NCBI GenBank assembly: GCA_036170915.1
Contig: JAVHQC010000029.1
Coordinates: 64,001-128,000, forward strand
DNA from: Cyanobacteria bacterium auto_48_18
GTDB lineage: Bacteria; Cyanobacteriota; Vampirovibrionia; Obscuribacterales; Obscuribacteraceae
Direction: 5' to 3'
DNA length: 64,000 bases
Under the pieces are notes generated by a model. That model did no database searches and was not told the DNA's origin. It saw only the letters and a program-made list of their open reading frames with translations. A program made the position numbers and the translations under genes. Positions 1-8,499 of this stretch are shown here, one piece after another. Each line of letters opens with the position of its first letter. Within the stretch, counting starts at the first letter, position 1.

Positions 1-1091
1 TTGATAATTACGCCGCGCATTATTCATTGCGCGAAAATATCAATTTTAATTATCGCGTAGAAAAAGTGAGCCCCGAAGGCAACGGTTGGCGGCTTGTATT
101 CGCCAATGGTGAAAACCGCTTTTACGGCGGAGTGGTAATTTGCAACGGGCACCACTGGTCACGGCGCTGGCCGCACTATGACGGAAAATTTAGCGGCGAG
201 ATCATTCACTCAAAAGATTACAAAGATCCAGAACAATTAAGAGACAAAAAAGTTCTCGTCATCGGTGGTGGCAATTCAGCTTGTGACATTGCTGCTGAAG
301 CGGCACGGGTAGCTAAAAGCGCTCACTTGAGCTTGCGCCGCGGTTACTGGTTTTTACCAAAAACAGTCTTTGGCAAACCCACTGCAGAGCTTCTCACCAC
401 TGCCATGCCTGTGTGGATGCAACGCATTTACATTGCCATACTTTTAAAAATTGTACTGGGTGATTATCGCCAATACGGGCTGGCCAAGCCAGACCACAAG
501 ATTTTCGAGAAGCACCCGACAATCAACACTGAGTTATTGCACTATCTAAAGCACGGCAAAATTACACCACATTCAGATATAAAACAGTTTGATGGTAATA
601 GTGTTGAGTTTATCGACGGCAGTAAAGAAAATTTTGACCTGATTGTTTGCGGTACCGGATTCAACGTCTCCATACCCTTCTTAGAGCCAGGGCTGGTGAC
701 CATTGACGGCGCTGTAGTCAAGGCACAGTGGGGTATGGTGGCACCGCGGCATAAACAACTTTATCTTTATGGCTGGGGGCAAGTGCGTTATGGTTTCGGA
801 CCGCTGCTCACACCAGCATCTGAACTTTTAGCAAAACTGATATTGCTGCAAAGGCGCCTGCGTAATCCACTTGGTGAAATTCTCGCAAGAATCAGGCAAC
901 CGCTGCCGCAAAGCCATTTGATTGATCCGATGCAGGCACTAAGACAAATCAAGCTTGCCGATGCCACGCTCTGGTTGCTACCTTTCGTAGACAAATATTT
1001 GATGAGCAAGCCAGCGCTCAAGACAGAAGCGAACAACCAGAAACCCAATCGCATTCAGTTAGAATCAGAGCCGGCACCAGGTAATGATTGA
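1..1091 (+). CDS. Flavin-containing monooxygenase (FMO-like), 5'-truncated by window edge
   Basis: FMO fingerprint FSGEIIHSKDYK, NADPH motif VIGGGNSACD, CNGHH and CGTGF motifs; frame is open back to the window start and the N-terminal FAD motif is absent. Confidence 0.9.
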   Translation, partial: DNYAAHYSLRENINFNYRVEKVSPEGNGWRLVFANGENRFYGGVVICNGHHWSRRWPHYDGKFSGEIIHSKDYKDPEQLRDKKVLVIGGGNSACDIAAEAARVAKSAHLSLRRGYWFLPKTVFGKPTAELLTTAMPVWMQRIYIAILLKIVLGDYRQYGLAKPDHKIFEKHPTINTELLHYLKHGKITPHSDIKQFDGNSVEFIDGSKENFDLIVCGTGFNVSIPFLEPGLVTIDGAVVKAQWGMVAPRHKQLYLYGWGQVRYGFGPLLTPASELLAKLILLQRRLRNPLGEILARIRQPLPQSHLIDPMQALRQIKLADATLWLLPFVDKYLMSKPALKTEANNQKPNRIQLESEPAPGND

Positions 1092-1930
1092 TCAATTTGA
1101 ACCAGACGACGCTCTGCTTCACGAGTGATAAAACGCCAAAATTTTTGCGGTAAAAATCTTTTGAATCGCCAGAGGAAACGCGCCTCGTCTGGCAGCACCA
1201 CATATAGTGCGCCACTGGCCATGGCATCGAGAGTGGCCCTGGCGACGTAATCAGGTTCTAGCTGTGAACGCTTGACCAATTCTTGGGCACGTAAATTATA
1301 AAGCTCCGGCCCCAGGCTGCAAACTCCGATATTAGTGCGCACGTACGAGGGCATCAGAACGGTGACCAACAAATTATGCGCTTGCAATTCGCCCCTGAGA
1401 GTTTCACTAAGCGAAAGCACGGCGGCTTTAGAAGCATTGTAGGCGCTCATATTAGGAGCGCTGGCAAAAGCAGCCGCACTGGCAATGTTCAAAATATGAC
1501 CCGACTTTTGAGCCTTCATTACCGGCACGAAACAATGACAGCCGTACACGGTGCCCATCAAATTAATGTCAATTACTTTCTTAAACGTATCTACAGAAAT
1601 TTCGTCAATGCCACCGCCGCAGCCAATACCAGCACTGTTGATGGCTACATCGATGCCATCATACTTTTTGCAAAAATTCTGCACAGCATTTCTAAACTTC
1701 TTACTATCGCTGACGTCAAATGTATAAACAGTAGCTTCAACACCAGCGGTGCCAATAGCTTCAGCAGCGGCCAATAAACTGCCTTCGTCAATGTCGGCCA
1801 GGCCCAGCTTCCACCCGTCGCTGGCGAGAAGCCTGGCAAAGGCCAAACCCAGGCCACTGGCGGCACCAGTTATGAATGCACGCTTAGCAGGATACCGCCG
1901 GCTAAAATATTGCAAGTTCGAATCAGGCAA
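1055..1930 (-). CDS. Short-chain dehydrogenase/reductase (SDR)
   Basis: TGAASGLG, NSAG and catalytic YNASK motifs. Confidence 0.93.
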   Translation of the reverse strand: MPDSNLQYFSRRYPAKRAFITGAASGLGLAFARLLASDGWKLGLADIDEGSLLAAAEAIGTAGVEATVYTFDVSDSKKFRNAVQNFCKKYDGIDVAINSAGIGCGGGIDEISVDTFKKVIDINLMGTVYGCHCFVPVMKAQKSGHILNIASAAAFASAPNMSAYNASKAAVLSLSETLRGELQAHNLLVTVLMPSYVRTNIGVCSLGPELYNLRAQELVKRSQLEPDYVARATLDAMASGALYVVLPDEARFLWRFKRFLPQKFWRFITREAERRLVQIDQSLPGAGSDSN

Positions 1931-3257
1931 GGCTCTTTTCCATATCTTCTAAACTAACACCTTTGGTTTCGGGGAAAATAAACCAGACTAAGAAAAACTG
2001 CACCACCATCATCAGTGCAAAAAAGGCAAAGGGGTATCCACCCGACGATTTAGCCAGAACAGGAAAGAGGGCTGAAATCAAAGCGTTCATAATCCAGTGT
2101 GAAGAACTGCCCAGCGCCTGGCCCTTAGCACGCACAGGTGTGGGAAAAATTTCGCTCAGATATACCCATATAACAGCACCCTGTGAAAAAGAAAAGAAGG
2201 CAATGTATGCCACCAGCAGCCAAATCAAAAGCGACTGGTGCTGCCCCATGAAAAATATTGCCGCTACGCCTGCCAGGCAGAGCGCACACCCGACGGAGCC
2301 CACTAGCAGCAAAGTGCGCCGACCCAGACGGTCAATCACAGCCATTGCAACTAACACAGCTAACAGGTTGGTGAAGCCGATCATCACTGCCTGGAGGTCA
2401 CTAGACATTTTACCGAAACCAGCTTTCTCGAAAATATCATTGAGATAATAAAGAATGGCATTGATGCCCGAGAGCTGATTAAAGGCACCAATAGTAATGG
2501 CAAGAAAAATCGGCAACTTATATTTTTTCTGAAATAGAGGCTCATTAGGAAGCGCATGCTCAGCCTTTATGCTGGCAACAATATCTTGCAGTTCCTGCTC
2601 ATAGTCGGCCACTCCAGTCTTTTGCAAAACGCCACGCGCCTCATCAATCTGGTTACGCCTGGCCAACCAGCGTGGGCTTCTGGGAATAGAAAAAAGCATG
2701 ATCAAAAACAAAATGGCAGGAACGGCTGAGACGCCTAACTTCCATCGCCATTCAGCTTCACCTAAGGGCAATGTGCCCAGCAAATAGTTGGAGAAATATG
2801 CCAGTAAAATGCCGACCACTACATTGATTTGAAAAAGTCCAACGAGCCGTCCGCGCCATTTTGCTGGTGCCAATTCGGCAATATAAACCGGGCCTAAAAC
2901 CGACGAACAACCAATACCAAGACCACCAATGAAACGAAAAACAATGAGCGAATACCAGTCCCAGGCGAAGGCACAACCAAGGGCCGATACCACATATAAA
3001 AAGGCCGCTACCCGCAGTGTTTCTCTGGCACCATATTTTTCGCCGGGCACTCCCGACATCATGGCCGCCACCACGGTGCCCCAGAGGGCAGCAGAAACAG
3101 TGAAACCAAGGGCGGTGGCAGTAAGTTGATATTCAGCAGTTAGTGCGCTTGTAGCACCGGCAATTACAGCCGTATCAAAGCCAAAAAGGAGACCACCAAG
3201 AGCGCCTACCAGACTACTTTTGAATAAATAGAGGTATGGTTTAAGCTCCACTGGCAT
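1923..3257 (-). CDS. Sugar porter family MFS transporter (XylE/GalP-like)
   Basis: GGLLFGFDTAVI, PRSPRWL, NQLSGINAILYY, DRLGRR and PETKG signatures. Confidence 0.95.
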   Translation of the reverse strand: MPVELKPYLYLFKSSLVGALGGLLFGFDTAVIAGATSALTAEYQLTATALGFTVSAALWGTVVAAMMSGVPGEKYGARETLRVAAFLYVVSALGCAFAWDWYSLIVFRFIGGLGIGCSSVLGPVYIAELAPAKWRGRLVGLFQINVVVGILLAYFSNYLLGTLPLGEAEWRWKLGVSAVPAILFLIMLFSIPRSPRWLARRNQIDEARGVLQKTGVADYEQELQDIVASIKAEHALPNEPLFQKKYKLPIFLAITIGAFNQLSGINAILYYLNDIFEKAGFGKMSSDLQAVMIGFTNLLAVLVAMAVIDRLGRRTLLLVGSVGCALCLAGVAAIFFMGQHQSLLIWLLVAYIAFFSFSQGAVIWVYLSEIFPTPVRAKGQALGSSSHWIMNALISALFPVLAKSSGGYPFAFFALMMVVQFFLVWFIFPETKGVSLEDMEKSLA

Positions 3258-3266
3258 CCCTAAATT

Positions 3267-4286
3267 TTATTTTGCAGCAGCGCGGTATGCCTTTAACCAA
3301 ACGTCTATTTTGTAATCGTCGGTGTCAAGAAACTTGCCAGGCGTCCCGCCTGCTCCCCATGGTGGCTGGGTGCCATCATGTTTGTTATAAGCCCAGGCTG
3401 TCATACCGGCTGCCTCTGTCGGTTTAAGCTTACCACTAGCCAGGGCCGAGCCTACCATAGCAGTAAAGTAGCCACTGCGCACATCACCAGGGTTCTTGTC
3501 AGGATCATCAAGGTAGCGCGTGGCTTTGTCGGCAATAAATTTGCCGCTGTTATAGGCCACAAGCAACACTTCACGGTGATGGTGCGTGATTGTATTATTG
3601 GCATCAACATCGGTGACATTGCTATTGAAACCCTCGCCGCCCTTGCCGGCAATCAAGCGGTGATAGGTACGCTCAAGAGCGGAGCCGGCAGGGTTAACCC
3701 CGCCTCCTGCCAAACTGCGACCAAGATCTTGCTTAAAACCGAGAGCATGCTCAGAAAAAACCAGACCAACATAGTCGCGATAAAGCTCACCTGGCGTAGG
3801 TTGAAAAATGTTCCAGCTGTCTGGTTTACGACCGTTGGCCTCAGCCAGTCGCGCGGCATTTTTTAGATTATTGGTCATGTAATCAGCAGGAGTTGTCTTG
3901 CCATCTGCCAGATTATTCAATTCGCGCATAGTAAAGCGGTACATCTCTTTTTGATCGCTGCTCATATGCTCGATTTGCCATTTTTGCGCATCATCTAAAG
4001 GCTTTGCGCCTGTGCGCTTGGCAAGTTTGTCGAAATCAGCAAATAAGGCCTTATCTTCAGGAGTGGTAGCAAACTTAGCCTCAAGAGCTGCATAGCCAGA
4101 CTCTAAGGCCTGGCCGACCTCTAATGTAGGAAAGCCATTGGCCTTTAAAGTCAGAGCTGCAGCTTCATTTTCTTTTGGCAACTGCTGCTTGACGTCATTT
4201 TTTGAAGCGAGCACGTTGTCACTAAAATCAGCGGCCGTGCCGCCAGACTGTTTCTCAGTTGCTGCTTCTTTGATTAAATCTGCCAT
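3267..4286 (-). CDS. Hypothetical protein
   Basis: Long ORF co-oriented with the downstream operon; ATG 4286 chosen (track start 4313); no family recognised. Confidence 0.75.
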   Translation of the reverse strand: MADLIKEAATEKQSGGTAADFSDNVLASKNDVKQQLPKENEAAALTLKANGFPTLEVGQALESGYAALEAKFATTPEDKALFADFDKLAKRTGAKPLDDAQKWQIEHMSSDQKEMYRFTMRELNNLADGKTTPADYMTNNLKNAARLAEANGRKPDSWNIFQPTPGELYRDYVGLVFSEHALGFKQDLGRSLAGGGVNPAGSALERTYHRLIAGKGGEGFNSNVTDVDANNTITHHHREVLLVAYNSGKFIADKATRYLDDPDKNPGDVRSGYFTAMVGSALASGKLKPTEAAGMTAWAYNKHDGTQPPWGAGGTPGKFLDTDDYKIDVWLKAYRAAAK

Positions 4287-4415
4287 CGAGAATTCCATTT
4301 GGTAAAGGTTCAAGCTGTGAAAGCTTTATACCCAACACTTTGGCACTTTTAAATCAGTCGCCCGTCCTTAGCCGAGTTGATACATTAAGGCAGAACAAAT
4401 TGAGGTTGACGAAAA

Positions 4416-5243
4416 ATGGCACAACAGCAGCAACGCGGCTTTTCTCTAAGTCCACGCCTTTTAATTGCTTTAGCTATTGCGGCCTTTTCGCTTATCACCT
4501 ATTTCAGCAAAAGTGTCTATAACCCGGTGACAGAGCAAAAGCAACGCGTTGACATGACGCCGCGGCAAGAAATTGCCCTGGGCCTGCAGGCGGCTCCGCA
4601 AATGGCCCGCCAGCACGGCGGAGAGTCTGACGATCCGGAGGGTCGAGCCGCAGTTGAGCAGGTTGGCAACGACCTGATCACTAAAACTGATGCCGGTAAA
4701 TCGCCTTACAAATTTGATTTTCACCTGCTGGCCGACGACAAAACTGTTAACGCCTTTGCCCTGCCCGGCGGACAAATTTTTCTGACCGAGGGTCTCTACA
4801 AATTGCTGAGCACCAAAGGTGAATTGGCTGGAGTGCTTGCACATGAAGTCGGCCACGTAGTCGCTCGCCACTCAGCCCAGCAAGTAGCAAAACAACAATT
4901 GACTCAGGGTTTGACTGGTGCAGCGGTGATTGCCGCTTACGATCCCAATGATCGCAACAGCAGTACCGCCACCATGGCCATGCTCATTGGCCAGGTAGTT
5001 TCTATGAAATTTGGGCGCGGCGACGAACTAGAATCCGACCGCCTTGGCGTGCGCTTCACGTCGCAAGCTGGTTATGACCCAAGGGCTATGCTCAAAGTGA
5101 TGGTGATTTTGGGCAAGGCGGCCAAAACACGCACTCCTGAATTTTTCAGCACGCACCCTAATCCTGAAAATAGAATCAAAAAAATCGAAGCCGAAATTGT
5201 GGAAAAATTTCCTCAGGGTGTGCCGGCCGGTTTAATTCAATAG
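4416..5243 (+). CDS. M48 family zinc metallopeptidase
   Basis: NAFALPGG, HEVGH, ELESD and STHP motifs; N-terminal TM segment. Confidence 0.93.
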   Translation: MAQQQQRGFSLSPRLLIALAIAAFSLITYFSKSVYNPVTEQKQRVDMTPRQEIALGLQAAPQMARQHGGESDDPEGRAAVEQVGNDLITKTDAGKSPYKFDFHLLADDKTVNAFALPGGQIFLTEGLYKLLSTKGELAGVLAHEVGHVVARHSAQQVAKQQLTQGLTGAAVIAAYDPNDRNSSTATMAMLIGQVVSMKFGRGDELESDRLGVRFTSQAGYDPRAMLKVMVILGKAAKTRTPEFFSTHPNPENRIKKIEAEIVEKFPQGVPAGLIQ

Positions 5244-6401
5244 CTATTTTAGTGCCTTCGCTCTGGTGACGGCATCAAGCAAAGCGTTCTTCAAACCGAC
5301 TTCTAATAGTTGCGAAAAACGCATACTGTTGACGATGTCTTCCTTAGCACCGCGAGCGACTAGAGTATTATCCAGGCGATCGATTAATTCGTCGCCCTCA
5401 GGCGCCTGGCCAACAGTGAGAAATGAAATAATCATTTCGTCATTGTCTTTCAATACCGCCGTCGCTCTGGCAATCAGCTTATCAAGCGAGCCGCCCTGAT
5501 TGGGCAAGCCATCGGTCAGCACCACTATTAATACCGGTTTTTTACGGTGATCAGGATCTTTCAAATGCGCATCGATAACTGCCGACAGCGGTGAATAAAT
5601 ATCGGTCTCGCCACTAGGCACCACATTGTTGAAAATTTCTTCAATGTCTTTGTGAGTAGCAAACTTTTTTATGACAAAGGTATCGTTGAAGGGAACAATG
5701 GTGAGGCCGCCGGTGAGGCGATTGCCAACAAAGTTGGAGAAGTCACTTATTTGACTGCGGCACCACCCCCAGCGAGAAGTATCGAATGGGCCAATTCCCA
5801 GGCCACCATTCATTGAGCCCGAATGATCAATCAGCAAGATCACTTCATAAGGCGCCAGGGCTTTGAAAAACTTCTGGCTGTCGGGCGTTTGAATTTGATT
5901 TTGATTTTGATTTTGTGAGGCTTGAGCGGTAAGTTTGGTCGAGGGGCTGCTGCTTTTACTAATTGGAGGTTGCATCTGGCGATTGAGCAATTCGTCCATC
6001 TGCGCTCTTACCGCTTTCATGCGAATCTCAAGCTTTACTTGATAGCGCGCCCCCTTGCGATCAAAGGTCATAGTCAAAATGTCGCCATCGGCGCTAACAG
6101 TCAAAATGCGATCACCTTCTAAAAAACCGGCATGAGCAGCAGGTGTAGCCATACCAACTTTAGTGACTACACCGGGCAGTTTGCTATTATCGAGAGAAAG
6201 TCCGGCCGCCTGACACATCAGGGTGAGCTCGCTCACCTGGCCACGCAGACGAAGGGTGGAAGGCAAGGGTGCACTACCAGCAGTGCTAGAATTTTTTGCG
6301 CATGCAGCTGACTGTGCATAAACACCAAGACTGAATGAACACAACAACGGAAGGATTAACCGTGGCAAAAATATTCTAGCTATCAAGTTTGAGGCATTCA
6401 T
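5244..6401 (-). CDS. Exported PDZ + von Willebrand factor A domain protein
   Basis: Signal-like N-terminus; PDZ-like TPAAHAGFLEGDRILTV; MIDAS DHSGS and later TDG. Confidence 0.8.
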   Translation of the reverse strand: MNASNLIARIFLPRLILPLLCSFSLGVYAQSAACAKNSSTAGSAPLPSTLRLRGQVSELTLMCQAAGLSLDNSKLPGVVTKVGMATPAAHAGFLEGDRILTVSADGDILTMTFDRKGARYQVKLEIRMKAVRAQMDELLNRQMQPPISKSSSPSTKLTAQASQNQNQNQIQTPDSQKFFKALAPYEVILLIDHSGSMNGGLGIGPFDTSRWGWCRSQISDFSNFVGNRLTGGLTIVPFNDTFVIKKFATHKDIEEIFNNVVPSGETDIYSPLSAVIDAHLKDPDHRKKPVLIVVLTDGLPNQGGSLDKLIARATAVLKDNDEMIISFLTVGQAPEGDELIDRLDNTLVARGAKEDIVNSMRFSQLLEVGLKNALLDAVTRAKALK

Positions 6402-6428
6402 TATTGACGACTATCCCAACTATCCCAA

Positions 6429-7220
6429 TTATCTCTGTTTGCCTGTGGTGCTGTCGCTGAGTCGTTTAGTGACGGCCATTAATGCTGCGGGCAAAGACTG
6501 AGTTTGCGTTGACGCACCGCTAATGTTGTCGTGAACCCCGCCAAAATTTTCATAGTTGCGCACATACATATTTGTGCCAACGGGAACTACTCGATTATTT
6601 CCTACGCGCGATGTCATCTGACCTTTTAAACTTTCACGCGAAGCAATAACATCCATCATTCGCTTAGTGTAATGGACCTGCAGCCCGTTGCATGATTTCT
6701 CGGCGTCTTTAATCAGGTTGGTAGTTTTGACTTCGTATGCGTCATTCAAAGACTGAACCATAAAGTCATAATCGCGATTTTCACGTTTCACGCCTCGCTG
6801 ATCAAAATAATATTTAGGCACTGCTGCAATATCATGACGCAGTTGTGTCGAATAAAACTCGATTTGGTTGCGGACCAGGTCAATTTTATTGCGCACTGCA
6901 ACGGTATATTCTTCTTGCGCGCGACCGATCATTTGTGCGCACTGGCGATCCATGGGTGCCGAAGCAGTTGAACTTGCTTGAGCTGCTTTGGCATAGCTTT
7001 CAACTAGCTCAGCGCGACTTTTGTTTTCATTGTCTACCTCAGTTTCTAAAGCTCGTAACCGACCTCGTGCTAAAGCCTGTGGGCTTTCAATGTACATGCC
7101 TTGAGGGGCCGCAAATGCCGGTAAGTTTGCCGATGAGATTATCGAGAAGATCGCCGTCGATAGACTGGCAGAGAGCATTGTCAGAAAGGTGATTGTAGAA
7201 ATGGTAAAACGCTTAGGCAT
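6429..7220 (-). CDS. Hypothetical exported helical protein (paralogous C-terminus with next gene)
   Basis: Signal-like N-terminus; shares the LKGQM...VRNYxNFGG motif with 7287..8270. Confidence 0.75.
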   Translation of the reverse strand: MPKRFTISTITFLTMLSASLSTAIFSIISSANLPAFAAPQGMYIESPQALARGRLRALETEVDNENKSRAELVESYAKAAQASSTASAPMDRQCAQMIGRAQEEYTVAVRNKIDLVRNQIEFYSTQLRHDIAAVPKYYFDQRGVKRENRDYDFMVQSLNDAYEVKTTNLIKDAEKSCNGLQVHYTKRMMDVIASRESLKGQMTSRVGNNRVVPVGTNMYVRNYENFGGVHDNISGASTQTQSLPAALMAVTKRLSDSTTGKQR

Positions 7221-7286
7221 TGAGAAAACTACTCGTTCGGTTACTGGTCACTTACTCTTGCCAGGAATTAGGAGAGAGAGATGTAA

Positions 7287-8270
7287 TTACCTGCCCGGTC
7301 GCACGGCGCCTTTAGACCCAGACGAAGGAGCAGTTGGTTTGAGCACACCAGCCCTGGCGCGCAAACCAGGTGAGGGTGCCTCAACCGCTTTCACCTGTTC
7401 GCGATCTGACTCGAGTCCACCAAAGTTCATATAGTTGCGCACTGTCATGGTGGTGTTACTAGGCACTACCTGTGATGCTCCGACCTTCGCGCCCATTTGC
7501 CCTTTTAAATTGGCGTGGGCACTATTAAACGATTCAAGCCGCTTGACATAAGCTTCTTCCAGCGGTTTCGCGTCCGCGGCAAAATCGATTTCCAAAATCT
7601 TGATTTTATACAAAGCCTTGCGTCGCAGCTCCGTCTCAGAACCGGGTTTGGCCGCAATGTCTTCTTCTAGCTGGCGTTTAATTAGCTGTTTAGCTTGCTC
7701 CAATTCTTTGTTTTTCTCAGCAACTTTGCGCTTATGATCAGCAATAAGCTCGTTGCGCAAAGTTTCAGCTTGTTGATCGAGCTGTTTAGTGGCACCAGGC
7801 ATCGCCGCTTTTCCCGCAAGGGTTTGATCTGCTATTGAGCTTGCCTTGCCCGTGCCCGTGCCCACGCCCATATTAGGATTGCGGTTCAAGGCCTGAATCG
7901 CTTGAATACAAAAATTACTCAGCTCCTGGTCGCTGGTATATTTTAAGGCTAAATTATATTCAGCACGGGCCAGCTCTAACTGGCCAGACTTCGCTAAACA
8001 ATTAGCATAATAATAGTGAGCCAGAGCATTGCCCTTTTGACCAGACAAAATCGTTTGAAACATGGTCTGAGCTTCACCATAGCGCTCTTTCTTGTAAAGC
8101 GAGATCGCGGCATCAAAGTCAGAGGCAGGTAGTGTTTTTTTTACAGGCGGCAGATTCCAAAGCTTATCTTCTGGAGGCAACGCACCACCAGCAGTACTGC
8201 CAAAGACAAACAAAAACGGCAACACCAGAGCACAGATACACAACTTTCGGTTAAACAGCATTGCTTTCAT
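7287..8270 (-). CDS. Exported TPR + coiled-coil protein
   Basis: Signal peptide; TPR-like AHYYYANCLAKSGQLELARAEYNLAL. Confidence 0.8.
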   Translation of the reverse strand: MKAMLFNRKLCICALVLPFLFVFGSTAGGALPPEDKLWNLPPVKKTLPASDFDAAISLYKKERYGEAQTMFQTILSGQKGNALAHYYYANCLAKSGQLELARAEYNLALKYTSDQELSNFCIQAIQALNRNPNMGVGTGTGKASSIADQTLAGKAAMPGATKQLDQQAETLRNELIADHKRKVAEKNKELEQAKQLIKRQLEEDIAAKPGSETELRRKALYKIKILEIDFAADAKPLEEAYVKRLESFNSAHANLKGQMGAKVGASQVVPSNTTMTVRNYMNFGGLESDREQVKAVEAPSPGLRARAGVLKPTAPSSGSKGAVRPGR

Positions 8271-8499
8271 AATCAGCTATTGAAAATCACCTATATATAT
8301 CTGTTCCCTGGTGGGCTATTAACTATGCAGCAAGAAGCCCGCGAACCGGTCAGGTACCTGATAGCAAAAGCTTGCCATACATAAAGATGGCCAACGTGTC
8401 ACAGTCTCCAGACATTTCTTGAATCATAGCCATACTGGCACTCTTCAGCCCGCCGTCTGCTATGCTTGTCTGGACTTTATTGAAACTTACTAGCAGGCA

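Noticed and set aside
1055..1091. Convergent 3' overlaps (FMO/SDR; also 48090-48109 and 33169-33192)
   Set aside because: Short tail-to-tail overlaps are common in compact genomes
5889..5915. (ttttga)n microsatellite as a phase-variation tract
   Set aside because: 6-nt unit encodes QNQNQN in a linker, so copy changes keep the frame
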